Source: an uncultured Gemmatimonadales bacterium (GTDB taxonomy: Bacteria; Gemmatimonadota; Gemmatimonadetes; Gemmatimonadales; Gemmatimonadaceae). From it: DNA of 64,000 nt. Both the position numbers and the translations under genes were made by a program. The DNA is taken from the NCBI GenBank assembly GCA_963701965.1, contig OY969695.1, positions 4,160,001-4,224,000 of the forward strand, given 5' to 3'. Every line of letters starts with the position of its first letter. Positions within the stretch are counted from its first letter, which is position 1. Below are positions 8,226 to 18,591 of this stretch, one piece after another. The notes below the pieces were generated by a model that saw only the letters and a list, made by a program, of their open reading frames with translations, had not been told where the DNA came from and did not search any database.

Positions 8226-9212
8226 GTGGCGACAACGACGAATGGAAACGGCGCGCACTCGGGCACGCTCCTGATTCGACAGTTCCAATATCTCGTTGCG
8301 CTGGCCCGCGAACGGCACTTCGCGCGTGCCGCCGCGGCGTGCCACGTGACGCAGCCGACCTTGTCGAGCGGCATCAAACAACTCGAGGAAAGTCTCGGCG
8401 TGCTGGTCGTCGAGCGCGGCCAGCGCTTCCGCGGCCTCACGCCCGAAGGGGAGCGCGTGCTGGCGTGGGCGCGCCGCATTACCGCCGACGTCCAATCGCT
8501 GCGCCAGGACGTCGACGCCACGCGCGGCGAGCTGTCGGGCCGCCTGCGCGTCGGCGTCGTCCCCTCGGCGCTCTCCATGATCGCGTTGCTCACGGCGCCG
8601 TTCGCCGAGCGATATCCGGGAACGAGCATCGCCGTCACGTCGCTGACATCGCGCGCCATCGAGCGCGCGCTGGAGGAGTTCGAGATCGACGCCGGCGTCA
8701 CGTATCTCGACGAGGAGCCGTTCGGCCGCGTCGACATCGTGCCCCTGTACCGCGAGCGCTACGTGCTGGTCACGCCGGCGCGCTCACCGATCGGGCGTCA
8801 GTCGCGGGAGGCGGCAACATGGTGCGAGGCGGCGACGTTGCCGCTGTGCCTGCTCACGTCCGACATGCGGCATCGGCGCATCATCAATGGGCTCTTTCGC
8901 GAAGCGGGCGCCACGCCCGTGCCGCGCGTCGAGGCCGATTCCATGGAAGCCGTCTGCGCGCACGTCCGCCAAGGCGTGCTGTCGGCGGTGCTGCCGCAAG
9001 CCGCGCTCGCGGTGCTTGGCGACTTGCCGATCCTGCGCGTGCTCCCGCTGGAAGAACCCGTCGCCTCGCATGCCGTCGGTCTCGTCACGCTGGATCGTGA
9101 CCCGCCCACCCCGATCGCCGCCGCATTTCGCGCCATCGCCCGATCGGTCGACGTGGAGACGGCGCTGGAGCACCATGACGACCTGGCGCCACGCCTCCAT
9201 CGGACGGGCTAA
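8226..9212 (+). CDS. LysR-family transcriptional regulator
   Basis: HFARAAAACHVTQPTLSSGIKQLEE helix-turn-helix; substrate-binding domain follows. Confidence 0.93.
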   Translation: MATTTNGNGAHSGTLLIRQFQYLVALARERHFARAAAACHVTQPTLSSGIKQLEESLGVLVVERGQRFRGLTPEGERVLAWARRITADVQSLRQDVDATRGELSGRLRVGVVPSALSMIALLTAPFAERYPGTSIAVTSLTSRAIERALEEFEIDAGVTYLDEEPFGRVDIVPLYRERYVLVTPARSPIGRQSREAATWCEAATLPLCLLTSDMRHRRIINGLFREAGATPVPRVEADSMEAVCAHVRQGVLSAVLPQAALAVLGDLPILRVLPLEEPVASHAVGLVTLDRDPPTPIAAAFRAIARSVDVETALEHHDDLAPRLHRTG

Positions 9213-9982
9213 ATCACGATACTCATGCAGGTGAGACCCGCTTCGGCCTTCTGTAGCTCCGCAATGTCGATCGACACGGTATCCAGTCCCGCCTGACGCA
9301 ACCGCGCCATGGTGCGCGGCGTGCTGGCGGGCACCAGCACCGTGCCGCCCAACGCCAGGACGTTCGCGCCCCAGGGCTCGTCGCGATCCACGGTGACGAT
9401 CCCGATCCCGGCGCCCGCGAATGTCTCGGGCGCGATCCAATCGGGATTGACGACGACCCGGCCGTCGCCGAGGGATCCCGCGGCGCTCTTGAGATGGAGA
9501 CAGCCGGTGATGGGCACGCCGAGCACCCGATAGCCGAGCGGTCCGAGTAAGGTCGCGAGTTGCTCGACCGCCGCGCGGTTGGTGCGCGCGGTCTGCCCGA
9601 CGTAGAGCGTGCGCCCGATGGGCAAGACGTCCCCGCCGTCCAGCGTCGCTGGCGCCGCGAGCGCGTGCACGGGACGGTACGCCCGCAGCACGTCGGCCAT
9701 CGGCGCGCTTTCGGCGCGCCGCGACGCCTCGGCCATGGACGCGACGATCGCCATCTCATCGAGGACGATCGCCGTGTCCTCGACGAACACGGCGTCGGGG
9801 AGATCATCGATCGCGTCGAGGACGACGACCGTGAGCCCGGCGGCGGCCAACGCCGTCCGATAGGCCGCGTGCTGCTGCCGGGCGCGCGCCAGATCGATCG
9901 GCGCGCGCTCCAGAAACGACAGAGCGCATCGCGGAAGCGATGCGCTCGGGAGCCGGGTGAGGGCCGTGGTCGCGGACGTCAC
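9209..9982 (-). CDS. dimethylarginine dimethylaminohydrolase (amidinotransferase family)
   Basis: PDAVFVED, LDGGDV, LHLKS and C-terminal GLTCMS with catalytic Cys. Confidence 0.9.
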   Translation of the reverse strand: MTSATTALTRLPSASLPRCALSFLERAPIDLARARQQHAAYRTALAAAGLTVVVLDAIDDLPDAVFVEDTAIVLDEMAIVASMAEASRRAESAPMADVLRAYRPVHALAAPATLDGGDVLPIGRTLYVGQTARTNRAAVEQLATLLGPLGYRVLGVPITGCLHLKSAAGSLGDGRVVVNPDWIAPETFAGAGIGIVTVDRDEPWGANVLALGGTVLVPASTPRTMARLRQAGLDTVSIDIAELQKAEAGLTCMSIVI

Positions 9983-10585
9983 CTATTTCAAGTTGTATTT
10001 CACGCCGAATTGGAACGGAAAGTACCCCACGTCGCCCGCCGTGAACGCTTCGTGCCACCGCAGCTCGAAGAATCCGAGCACCGGCCCAATGGGATAGCGC
10101 AGGCCGCCGCCCAGGTTGATGCCGAGATTCGTGTCGCTGTCGCTGGCACACTCGACGCCGAGCGCGGAGCAATCCACGCTCACCGATACGTGGTAGATCC
10201 CGAGGCCGCCGAGGATGTACGGCTGCAGTTTCGACGTCCAATGCACGGGGATGTCGTACAGCGCATCGACGTCGAATCGCACAATGTCCGAGTTGCCATC
10301 GGTGTAACCAAAGTGACTCCACCCAATCTCGCCGCGCCAGGCCACTGGCAACGTGGATCGGGGATGCCACTCGACCGCGCCCATGAGATCGAGCCCCAAG
10401 CTCGCGTTGCCATAGGATGGCGCCGCAAAGCCTATGCTGCCGTCCAGTGCCCACTCGCTCGGTCCCGCGGCGGCCGGCGCGGCCGATTGCGCGGCCTTGC
10501 GCGTCTGCGCGAGAACGGGCGTCGTATACGCCAACGACGTGGCGGCAACGGTGAGCACAGCGGCCAACAAGGCATTTCTCTTCAT
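9983..10585 (-). CDS. outer-membrane beta-barrel protein (OmpA/OmpW-like transmembrane domain)
   Basis: Signal peptide; PYILGGLGIY, GINLGGG and terminal FGVKY amphipathic strands. Confidence 0.8.
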   Translation of the reverse strand: MKRNALLAAVLTVAATSLAYTTPVLAQTRKAAQSAAPAAAGPSEWALDGSIGFAAPSYGNASLGLDLMGAVEWHPRSTLPVAWRGEIGWSHFGYTDGNSDIVRFDVDALYDIPVHWTSKLQPYILGGLGIYHVSVSVDCSALGVECASDSDTNLGINLGGGLRYPIGPVLGFFELRWHEAFTAGDVGYFPFQFGVKYNLK

Positions 10586-10677
10586 CGAATTCGCTCCGGA
10601 GTCGGTGTAGATCCAGTAGTATGACGCGTAGGCCCCAAGTATAGACACACACCTCACCCGCATTGCATTATTGCCCT

Positions 10678-11442
10678 ATGCACGGTCGGCATGTTTGCGC
10701 GATGCTCGCGTTGTCGCTCGCTGCCACTACCGCGGCGCGGGCCCAGAGTGTTGGCGAATGGCCCCAACACTCAATGGAGCGCCCCAGGCCTCCGGTGGTC
10801 GATCCCGGGCCGGCGGCGAAACCGTTGCCACCGCCGTCCGACGCCATCGTGCTGTTCAACGGACACGATCTCGCGAATTGGCGGAACGCCGACAGTGCGA
10901 ACGTGCCCGCGCGTTGGAAGATCGGTCAGGGTTACTTCGAGGTGGCTCCCGGCACGGGAAACATCGCGACAAAACAGGTGTTCGGTGATTGCCAATTGCA
11001 CATCCAATGGGCAACACCCGCGCCACCGTCGGGCGAAGGACAAGAGCGGGGCAACAGTGGCGTGTTCATGGCGGGGAAATACGAGATTCAAGTCCTCGAC
11101 TCGTACGACAACCCGACATACGCCAATGGCCAAGCCGCCGCAATGTTCGGCCAGTATCCCCCGCTGGTCAACGCCAGCCGCCGGCCGGGAGAATGGCAGA
11201 CGTACGACGTGATCTGGCATGGCCCGCGGTTCGATTCCACCGGCGCGCTCATACGGCCCGCGCGCATCACCGTGTTTCATAACGGTGTGCTGGTGCAAGA
11301 CAACGTCGCGCTCACCGGTCCGACGGCGTTCCAGCGGCGCCCGCCCTACACGCGTGATCCCGAGCGCATGCCCATCGTGCTGCAGGATCACTCCTTCCCG
11401 GTGCGATTTCGGGACATCTGGGTCCGCGAGCTGAAAGAGTGA
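10678..11442 (+). CDS. DUF1080 / 3-keto-disaccharide hydrolase family protein, secreted
   Basis: PSDAIVLFNG, RGNSGV, YEIQVLDS, GEWQTYD and LQDH..VRFRDIW. Confidence 0.92.
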   Translation: MHGRHVCAMLALSLAATTAARAQSVGEWPQHSMERPRPPVVDPGPAAKPLPPPSDAIVLFNGHDLANWRNADSANVPARWKIGQGYFEVAPGTGNIATKQVFGDCQLHIQWATPAPPSGEGQERGNSGVFMAGKYEIQVLDSYDNPTYANGQAAAMFGQYPPLVNASRRPGEWQTYDVIWHGPRFDSTGALIRPARITVFHNGVLVQDNVALTGPTAFQRRPPYTRDPERMPIVLQDHSFPVRFRDIWVRELKE

Positions 11443-13097
11443 ACGCCCGGTCCCGACCGACGTTCGACGTCGCCATCGTGGGCTCGGGCGCCGGGGGTGG
11501 GATGGCGGCGTACATGCTGACCAAGGCGGGCGCGCGGGTCGTGATGTTGGAAGCCGGCCGCGAGTGGAACGCGACGGTCAATGGCGCGATGCTGACCTGG
11601 CCGTACGCATCGCCCCGCCGCGGCGCGGCGACGCCGGCACGGCCGTTTGGCGAATTTGATGCCTGCATCGGGGGCTGGCACCTCGAGGGCGAGCCGTACA
11701 CCGCGGCGCCAGGCACGCACTTCGACTGGTGGCGGGCCCGCATGCTGGGCGGCCGGACAAACCACTGGGGTCGCATCTCCCTGCGCTTCGGACCCAATGA
11801 CTTCCGCCGCAAGAGTCTCAATGGATTGGGCGATGACTGGCCCATCGGGTACAATGACCTCAAGCCGTACTACGATCGGACCGACCAGTTGATCGGCGTG
11901 TTCGGCAGCCACGAAGGGCTGCCCAACGATCCCAATGGCGTCTTTCTTCCACCGCCGCGCCCGCGGTGCTGGGAGCTGGTGGTCAAACAGGCGTGCGACG
12001 CCACGGGCGTCCGCTGCATTCCGGCGCGCCTCTCCATCCTGACCCGCGCGCACAACGACCGCGCGGCATGTCACTATTGCGGTCAGTGCTCCCGGGGCTG
12101 CAAGACGAACTCGAACTTCTCGAGCCCGGGGGTGCTGATTGAGCCGGCGCGGCGGACGGGCCGCCTGACGCTCATCACCAATGCCATGGCGCGCGCGATC
12201 ACGACGGGCCCCTCGGGTCTGGCCAGTGGCGTCGCCTACATCGACAAGACCACGGGCGCCGATGAACACGTGCGCGCGCGCATCGTCGTACTGGCGGCCA
12301 GCGCGTGCGAGTCGGCCCGCTTGCTCCTCAACTCCGGCAACCTGGCCAACGCCAGCGGTGTGGTCGGCAAGTACCTCACCGACACGACCGGCACGTCCGT
12401 CGAGGGATTCATCCCGCGCCTCACCGACCACGTGCCGCACAACGAGGATGGCGTCGGCGGCGCACATCTCTACTCCCCGTGGTGGATCGACAACAAGACC
12501 GTCGACTTTCCCCGTGGCTACCACATCGAGTTGAGCGGCGGCCTCAACGTGCCCCAGTACGGCGACATGGACCATATCCAGGGGGGCTATGGGAAAGCGC
12601 TCAAGGATGAGTACCGCCGCCGCTACGGCGCGACCGTGGGGTTCTCGGGACGGGGCGAGATGATCCCCAACGAGCACTCGTACTGCGACATCGACCCGTC
12701 GGTCGTCGACCAATGGGGCATCCCCGTGCTGCGCTTCCACTGGCAGTGGAGCGACTACGAGCACCGCCAGGTGAAGCACATGCAGGAGACTTTTCGGATG
12801 ATCATCGACGCAATGGGCGGGCAAGCTTTGGGGCCCATGCCGTCCGCCGACAGCGGATACGGCATCGCGCCCGGTGGCCGCATCATCCACGAGCTCGGCA
12901 CCGTACGCATGGGCGACGATCCCTCCCGGTCGGCGCTCAACCAATGGTGCCAGGCGCACGATGTGAAGAATTTGTTCGTCGCCGACGGAGGGCCGTTCGT
13001 GTCGCAAGCCGACAAGAACCCGACCTGGACGATCCTCGCGCTGGCAATGCGGACGAGCGAGTACATCGCCACCCAACGCCAGGCGGGTGTGCTGTGA
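11439..13097 (+). CDS. GMC-family FAD oxidoreductase (glycoside 3-dehydrogenase-like large subunit)
   Basis: GSGAGG, LGGRTNHWGR, CHYCGQCSRGC Fe-S motif, IHELGTVRMG and KNPTWTILALA. Confidence 0.93.
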   Translation: MNARSRPTFDVAIVGSGAGGGMAAYMLTKAGARVVMLEAGREWNATVNGAMLTWPYASPRRGAATPARPFGEFDACIGGWHLEGEPYTAAPGTHFDWWRARMLGGRTNHWGRISLRFGPNDFRRKSLNGLGDDWPIGYNDLKPYYDRTDQLIGVFGSHEGLPNDPNGVFLPPPRPRCWELVVKQACDATGVRCIPARLSILTRAHNDRAACHYCGQCSRGCKTNSNFSSPGVLIEPARRTGRLTLITNAMARAITTGPSGLASGVAYIDKTTGADEHVRARIVVLAASACESARLLLNSGNLANASGVVGKYLTDTTGTSVEGFIPRLTDHVPHNEDGVGGAHLYSPWWIDNKTVDFPRGYHIELSGGLNVPQYGDMDHIQGGYGKALKDEYRRRYGATVGFSGRGEMIPNEHSYCDIDPSVVDQWGIPVLRFHWQWSDYEHRQVKHMQETFRMIIDAMGGQALGPMPSADSGYGIAPGGRIIHELGTVRMGDDPSRSALNQWCQAHDVKNLFVADGGPFVSQADKNPTWTILALAMRTSEYIATQRQAGVL

Positions 13098-13651
13098 CGA
13101 TCACGCGCCGTGAGGCGCTCGAGCTGATGGCTTTGGCGCCGTTGGCCATCGCGTCCTCCGCGCCGGGCGCGCCTGCCGAGAGCCCGGCGCCGCAGGCGCC
13201 ACGGTTCTTTACCGCGCACGAGTGGCGCACCGTGCGCGTGCTGGCCAATGACGTGATGCCCCGGGACGAGCGATCGGGCAGCGCCACGGAGGCGGGCGTG
13301 CCCGAGTTCATGGACTTCATCCTCTTGGACCAGCCCGACCTTCAGTTACCAATGCGCGGCGGCCTGGCCTGGCTCGATGCCCACGCCGATCGGCGGTTCG
13401 GCGCGGCGTTCGCCGACGGCACGGCCGCGCAGCGCGCCAGTGTCCTCGACGAGATCGCCTGGCCCACCCGCGCCCGGCCGGATGTCAGCCATGGCGTCGC
13501 GTTTTTCTCGATGTTCCGCGACCTCACGGCGTCGGGATTTTGGACGAGCCGCATTGGCGTGACGGACTTGCGGTATTGGGGGAACACGGTGGTCCATCAG
13601 TGGGACGGTTGTCCGCCGGAGGCGTTGGCCAAGCTGGGGGTCTCGTACTGA
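13094..13651 (+). CDS. gluconate 2-dehydrogenase subunit 3-family protein (Tat-exported small subunit)
   Basis: TRREAL Tat-like signal; SATEAGVPEFMDF, FF..FRDLTASGFWTSRIG; GTG overlaps the upstream stop. Confidence 0.85.
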   Translation: MTITRREALELMALAPLAIASSAPGAPAESPAPQAPRFFTAHEWRTVRVLANDVMPRDERSGSATEAGVPEFMDFILLDQPDLQLPMRGGLAWLDAHADRRFGAAFADGTAAQRASVLDEIAWPTRARPDVSHGVAFFSMFRDLTASGFWTSRIGVTDLRYWGNTVVHQWDGCPPEALAKLGVSY

Positions 13652-14901
13652 TGTCGGCCACCCGTCTCGGCATCGGCATCGTCGGCAGCGGATTCAACGC
13701 GCGATTTCATCTCCAGGCATTCACCGCGGTGCGCGACGCCGACGTCCTCGGCGTCTGGAGTCCGAATCCGGCGCACGCCGCGGACGCGGCGGCGCGCGCA
13801 CGCCAACTGGACGTCGGTGACGCCAAGCCCTATCCGTCGATCGCCGCAATGGTCGCCGATCCGGCGATCGTTGCGCTGTGGATCGCGGGCCCAAATCACA
13901 CGCGAGTCGCGAACTTCGAGGAGATCGCCGCCGCGATCGAGAGCGGCGCGGGTCGCCTCATCGGCGTGGCCTGTGAGAAGCCGCTGGCCCGCAACGTGGC
14001 CGAGGCCAACGCGATCCGCGCGTTGGTCGACCGCGTGGGCTTGGCGCACGCCTACCTGGAGAATCAAGTCTTCGCCCCCCAGGTCGAACACGGACGCGCC
14101 ATCATCTGGGCCCGCGGCGCGCAGGCGACGGGCCGTCCCTACCTGGCCCGCGCCGCCGAGGAGCACGCGGGACCGCACATGCCGTGGTTCTGGCAGGGGC
14201 GGCTCCAGGGTGGCGGGGTCCTCAACGACATAATGTGTCACTCGGCGTTGCTCGTCCGCCACTTGCTCACCGAGCCGGGCGCGCGGCACGGGACGGTACG
14301 GCCCGTGCGCGTGACCGGACACATCGCGAGCCTCAAGTGGTCGCAGCCGGAGTACGCCGCGAAACTATCGGAGACCATGGGTCCGGCCGTCGACTATACG
14401 GCGCACCCGGCCGAGGATTTCGCGAGCCTCATGATCGAGTTCGAGACGCCCGGAGGCCGCCGCGTCATCGGCGAAGCGACGACGTCGTGGAGCTTCGTGG
14501 GCGCTGGTCTTCGCCTGTCGGCCGAGCTCCTGGGGCCTGAGTATTCAATGTCGTGGAACACGCTCGATAGCGGTCTTTCTCTCTTTTTCAGCCGCGAGGT
14601 CCGGCCCCGCGCCGGCGCCGAGGATCTCGTCGAGAAGCAGCAAGCCGAATTGGGGCTCATGCCGGTCGTCGCCAACGAGGCCGCGGCCTATGGCTACGAG
14701 GCCGAGGATCGGAGCGTCGTACGCGCGTTTCTGCGGGGCGAGACACCGGCCTACACGTTCGACGACGGCGTCGACGTCGCAAAGATCCTGATGGCGGGGT
14801 ACATGAGCGCCGAGCAAGGGCGCACGATCGCGTTCCCGCCCGAGGGACTGGAGACCTTTGTGCCGCGAGTGGCCGCGGGGACGTGGCGAGGCGAGCCATG
14901 A
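13651..14901 (+). CDS. Gfo/Idh/MocA-family NAD(P) oxidoreductase
   Basis: GIVGSGFNARFH, CEKPLA and GGGVLNDIMCH; TGATG coupling. Confidence 0.92.
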   Translation: MSATRLGIGIVGSGFNARFHLQAFTAVRDADVLGVWSPNPAHAADAAARARQLDVGDAKPYPSIAAMVADPAIVALWIAGPNHTRVANFEEIAAAIESGAGRLIGVACEKPLARNVAEANAIRALVDRVGLAHAYLENQVFAPQVEHGRAIIWARGAQATGRPYLARAAEEHAGPHMPWFWQGRLQGGGVLNDIMCHSALLVRHLLTEPGARHGTVRPVRVTGHIASLKWSQPEYAAKLSETMGPAVDYTAHPAEDFASLMIEFETPGGRRVIGEATTSWSFVGAGLRLSAELLGPEYSMSWNTLDSGLSLFFSREVRPRAGAEDLVEKQQAELGLMPVVANEAAAYGYEAEDRSVVRAFLRGETPAYTFDDGVDVAKILMAGYMSAEQGRTIAFPPEGLETFVPRVAAGTWRGEP

Positions 14902-15866
14902 CCACTCCTCTCGTCGTGCTGCGCGAGGCCGACGTGCGCGCGCTGCTCGATCCCCAATCCTGCATCGACGTCGTCGCCGACGCATTCACGGCGTACGCGA
15001 GCGGCGGCGCCGAGCTGCCGGGCGTCATTCACCTCAATGTGCCCGAGCACGCCGGGGAGATCCACATCAAGGCCGGACACCTGCACGGCAGCCCCTGGTA
15101 CGCCTGCAAGTTCGCGTCGGGCTTCGCCGGCACGAACGACGGAGTGGTGCTGGCGTTTGACGCGCGCACGGGCGCGCCGGCGGCGATCCTGTTCGATCGC
15201 GGGTACATCACCGACCTGCGCACGGCCGCCGCGGGTGCCGTCGCCGCCCGGCATCTGGCGCGCGAGCGCGTCCACACCGTCGCCGTGTTGGGCACAGGCA
15301 TCCAGGCCCGCCTGCAGCCCCAACTCCTGGCCCGCGTCCGCAGCTTCGCACGCGTGCGCGTCTGGGGCCGGCGGCGCGACGCGGTCGACCGCTGCGTCGA
15401 CGATCTCCGCGCGGTGCTCCCCGTCGACGTCGTGGCCGCGGACACCGTCGCATCGGCGCTCGCCGACGCCGACATCGTGGTGGCGGTGACCGCGAGCCGC
15501 GCGCCGTTCGTGAGAGCGTCGTGGCTTGCCGCCGGCGCGCTGGTGATCGCCGCCGGGTCCGATGGCCCTGACAAGCAGGAGCTCGACGTCGACGTCCTGG
15601 CCAGCGCCGATCGGGTCGTCGCCGATTCGCTGGCCCAGTGCCGCCGGCTGGGCGAGATTCACCACGCGATCGACGCCGGCGTGCTGAGCGACGACCGGGT
15701 GACCGAGCTCGGTCAGATCACGGCGGGACGCGCGCCGGGCCGCCGGACGCCGGACGAGATGATCGTGTGCGATCTCACCGGCATCGGCGTACAGGATGTC
15801 GCGGCGGCCAACGCCGTCGTCGCCCGGGCGCTGGCCTCGGGCGCCGGGGAACGCTGGACGCTGTAG
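14898..15866 (+). CDS. ornithine cyclodeaminase / mu-crystallin family protein
   Basis: ITDLRTAAAGA, GTGIQAR, GSDGPDKQE and DLTGIGVQDVAAA. Confidence 0.9.
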   Translation: MTTPLVVLREADVRALLDPQSCIDVVADAFTAYASGGAELPGVIHLNVPEHAGEIHIKAGHLHGSPWYACKFASGFAGTNDGVVLAFDARTGAPAAILFDRGYITDLRTAAAGAVAARHLARERVHTVAVLGTGIQARLQPQLLARVRSFARVRVWGRRRDAVDRCVDDLRAVLPVDVVAADTVASALADADIVVAVTASRAPFVRASWLAAGALVIAAGSDGPDKQELDVDVLASADRVVADSLAQCRRLGEIHHAIDAGVLSDDRVTELGQITAGRAPGRRTPDEMIVCDLTGIGVQDVAAANAVVARALASGAGERWTL

Positions 15867-15878
15867 CGGGACATTCGG

Positions 15879-16305
15879 CTACTGGACGATGACCGTTCCG
15901 GTCATCCCCATCGCTTGGTGCGGCAGGCAGTAGTACTTGTACGGGCCGGGTTTCGCGTCCTTGAACGGAGATGACGTACGCGTCGTTCGGATTCGTCATC
16001 AGCGGTCCAGTCAGCTTGGCCTGCTGGCGTGGCATGTCCTGATCGAGCGCCGTCGCCGCGCCGTCCGGGATATCGTTCGGATCGAACGTCACGTTATGCG
16101 GGCCACCGGAGACCATCACGAACTTGACCGGCTGGCCGCTCTTGATGGTGACGACGGCGGGCTGGAATTTGTAGCCTGATGTGCTGCCAACCATTTGGAC
16201 GGTGACGGTATCGGCAGCGGTCGCCAGCGGGGCGGCCTCAACAGCCGGCGTCGGTGCGCGATGGGCGCCCAACAGCCCCAGCGCCATGATGGGAATAAGT
16301 CTCAT
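15879..16305 (-). pseudogene. plastocyanin/azurin-family blue copper protein, frameshifted near 15967 (possibly a sequencing error)
   Basis: GPHNVTF in frame 1; removing one base gives FKDAKPGPYKYYCLPHQAMGMTGTVIVQ*, restoring the type-1 Cu ligands H, C, H, M. Confidence 0.88.
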
Positions 16306-16389
16306 GTATTGTAGGATGGCGACCGCCGCACCCCTCGCGCCACGGGCCAACGTAACGTACGATAGATGGTCACGAATCGGAGGAGTGGA

Positions 16390-16731
16390 ATGGGCACAAC
16401 AGGGCGGTTCGGTAGCGCGGTGGTGACGCTCGGCATCGTTGCCCTGGCGACGGCGTGCTCGAGCAGCGGCGACAAGCAGTTATCGAACGGGCGGCTCGGG
16501 TTGAAGGGCACCATTCATTCTGTGCAGGCCAGTGACGGCAGTCAGTGCTGGCAGCTCGTGTCCTCGTCGGGGAAGCAGTACGAACTGCAGCCCGCGCAGG
16601 CGCCCGCGTCGCTGTTGGTCGACGGCGCGCAGGCCGATATCGTCGCGAAGCCGCGCAGTGGCGGAAGCTTCTGCAAGGTCGGGCAGATCATCGACGTGCT
16701 GAGCGATACGGCGGCGAACGCCAAAAGCTGA
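16390..16731 (+). CDS. small lipoprotein
   Basis: GGAG ribosome-binding site; signal ending LATAC; one further Cys pair. Confidence 0.7.
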   Translation: MGTTGRFGSAVVTLGIVALATACSSSGDKQLSNGRLGLKGTIHSVQASDGSQCWQLVSSSGKQYELQPAQAPASLLVDGAQADIVAKPRSGGSFCKVGQIIDVLSDTAANAKS

Positions 16732-16810
16732 GCTCGGCTGGCGCGCGCTGTCCGGCGGGACGGCGCGCCGCCGCGCCTGTTACGTCGGGGAGTCTGATAT
16801 AGTTTGAGCG

Positions 16811-17692
16811 GTGCCAATCCGCCTGCTGGCCGTCGTGTGCCTGATCGTGAACGGGATTCTGCTCCGGGCCGCTGCCGGGCAGCCTCCGCCGTGCATTCTG
16901 CCCGCCAATAGCCACGAAGCGCGCCTGCTGGCCTTTTATAGCGCCCCGCTGGCCTTCTCGCCCGCGACAGCGCCCGAGCTTCATGCTCCGTTCTCCGTCC
17001 GCGTTGGGGTCGAGGTCGCTCCGCTCCCGTCACCGGACACCGCCCTTCAGCATACCGGAGTCTGCTATCTCGCGAAAAGCGAGCACACTCAGCTCGCGTC
17101 GATATTCCCGCGGCCCCGGGTCACCGTCTGGCTCCCGTTGGGCTTTGAGGTCGAAGCGAGCTACGATCCGCCTGTTCCGATCGACGAGGCCAAGGTCGAC
17201 ATCGGGAGCCTGGCCGTGTCGAACACGCGACACCTGGTGACCCTGCCCGGCGCCGATCTCCTATTGATGATCCGCGCGCACGGCACCCTGGGGCAGATTC
17301 GCGGGCCCATCACGTGTCCGCGCTCGGCCTTGCAACTGCGGGACTCCACGGCCGCCTGCTACGGCACGCAGCCATCCGACGACACCTTCAATCCCGACAT
17401 GTTCGGCGTCGAATCCGCGGTCGGCGCCACCGCCCTCGGCGGACGCCTCGAAGCCTACGTCGGCGGCGGGATCTCTTGGCTTCGGCCGCGGTTCAATGTT
17501 GGTTTTCACGACCTGTCGCAAGACTACTCCTACTACGGCACCCACCTGATCGTGAATCTCACGCGCGGCACGGTATTCGGCGGACTCACCCTGCGGGTCA
17601 CCCCCGCGATCGACGTTTCGTCGCAGGTCTACGCGGTGCCTTCTGACGCCACCACGTTTCGCTTCGGCCTCGGCTATCGCTTCGGTCCGTGA
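16811..17692 (+). CDS. secreted protein, probable outer-membrane beta-barrel
   Basis: Signal peptide; alternating strands such as YVGGGISWL; C-terminal FRFGLGYRF; stop overlaps the next start. Confidence 0.65.
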   Translation: MPIRLLAVVCLIVNGILLRAAAGQPPPCILPANSHEARLLAFYSAPLAFSPATAPELHAPFSVRVGVEVAPLPSPDTALQHTGVCYLAKSEHTQLASIFPRPRVTVWLPLGFEVEASYDPPVPIDEAKVDIGSLAVSNTRHLVTLPGADLLLMIRAHGTLGQIRGPITCPRSALQLRDSTAACYGTQPSDDTFNPDMFGVESAVGATALGGRLEAYVGGGISWLRPRFNVGFHDLSQDYSYYGTHLIVNLTRGTVFGGLTLRVTPAIDVSSQVYAVPSDATTFRFGLGYRFGP

Positions 17693-18591
17693 GTCGACTG
17701 TCTCTCGTCGCCGCCGCGATGATGCTCGTCGCCTGCGGCCCGACGCACCGCGCCGGCGAAAAGCGCGTTGGCGTGACGCTGCTCACCCGCGAGCACCAGT
17801 TCTACCAACAGCTGGAGCTGGGCCTCCGGGAATCCGCCGCGCGCCACGGCTACGCCGTGCTGGTGACGTCGGGCGATTTCGACCTCGCCAAGCAGCAGTC
17901 GGAGATCGACAACTTCATCGTGCAGCGCGTCAATGCGATCGTGGTCTGTGCCGTCGACTCGAAGGGCATCGCCCCGGCGATCGCCCGGGCCCAGGCGGCG
18001 GGCATTCCCGTGTTCTCCGCCGACATCCGGGCGTTCGGCGCGCATGTGATCGCGCACGTGGCGTCCGACAGCTACGAGGGCGGCCGGCTGGCGGCCGGGT
18101 TCATGGCCCGGACGCTGCACGACTCGGGCACCGTCGCCGTCATCGGGCAACCCGAGCTGCAGACCGGCGCCGACCGCGCCCGCGGGTTCACGGACGCCAT
18201 GGCGGCCGCGCATCCCCGGATCACCGTCGTGAGCGTACTGTCCGCGGGCGGCGTCCGCGACCGCGCGCTCAAGGTCGCCGATGATCTCCTCCAGGCGCAT
18301 CCCGCGCTCGACGGCGTCTTCGCCATCAACGACGAAACGGCGTTGGGCGCCCTCGCCGCGGCCACGGCGCACGGCAAGACGGCGGCGAATTTCACCATCG
18401 TCGGATACGACGCCAGCCCCGAAGCCGTCCGCGCGATCCACGGCAATTCGCCGCTCAAGGCCGACATCGCCCAGCAGCCGCGACGCATCGGCTCCGAGAC
18501 GATCGACGCCATCGCCGCGTATTTCGCGCGCCAAACTCCCGACTCGGTCATCGCCGTTCCGACCAGCGTAGTCGACGCCTCGACGCCGTGA
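17689..18591 (+). CDS. sugar ABC transporter substrate-binding lipoprotein (RbsB-like)
   Basis: Lipobox LVAC; AGIPVFSAD, FAINDETALGA, IVGYD and IAQQP. Confidence 0.9.
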   Translation: MSRLSLVAAAMMLVACGPTHRAGEKRVGVTLLTREHQFYQQLELGLRESAARHGYAVLVTSGDFDLAKQQSEIDNFIVQRVNAIVVCAVDSKGIAPAIARAQAAGIPVFSADIRAFGAHVIAHVASDSYEGGRLAAGFMARTLHDSGTVAVIGQPELQTGADRARGFTDAMAAAHPRITVVSVLSAGGVRDRALKVADDLLQAHPALDGVFAINDETALGALAAATAHGKTAANFTIVGYDASPEAVRAIHGNSPLKADIAQQPRRIGSETIDAIAAYFARQTPDSVIAVPTSVVDASTP

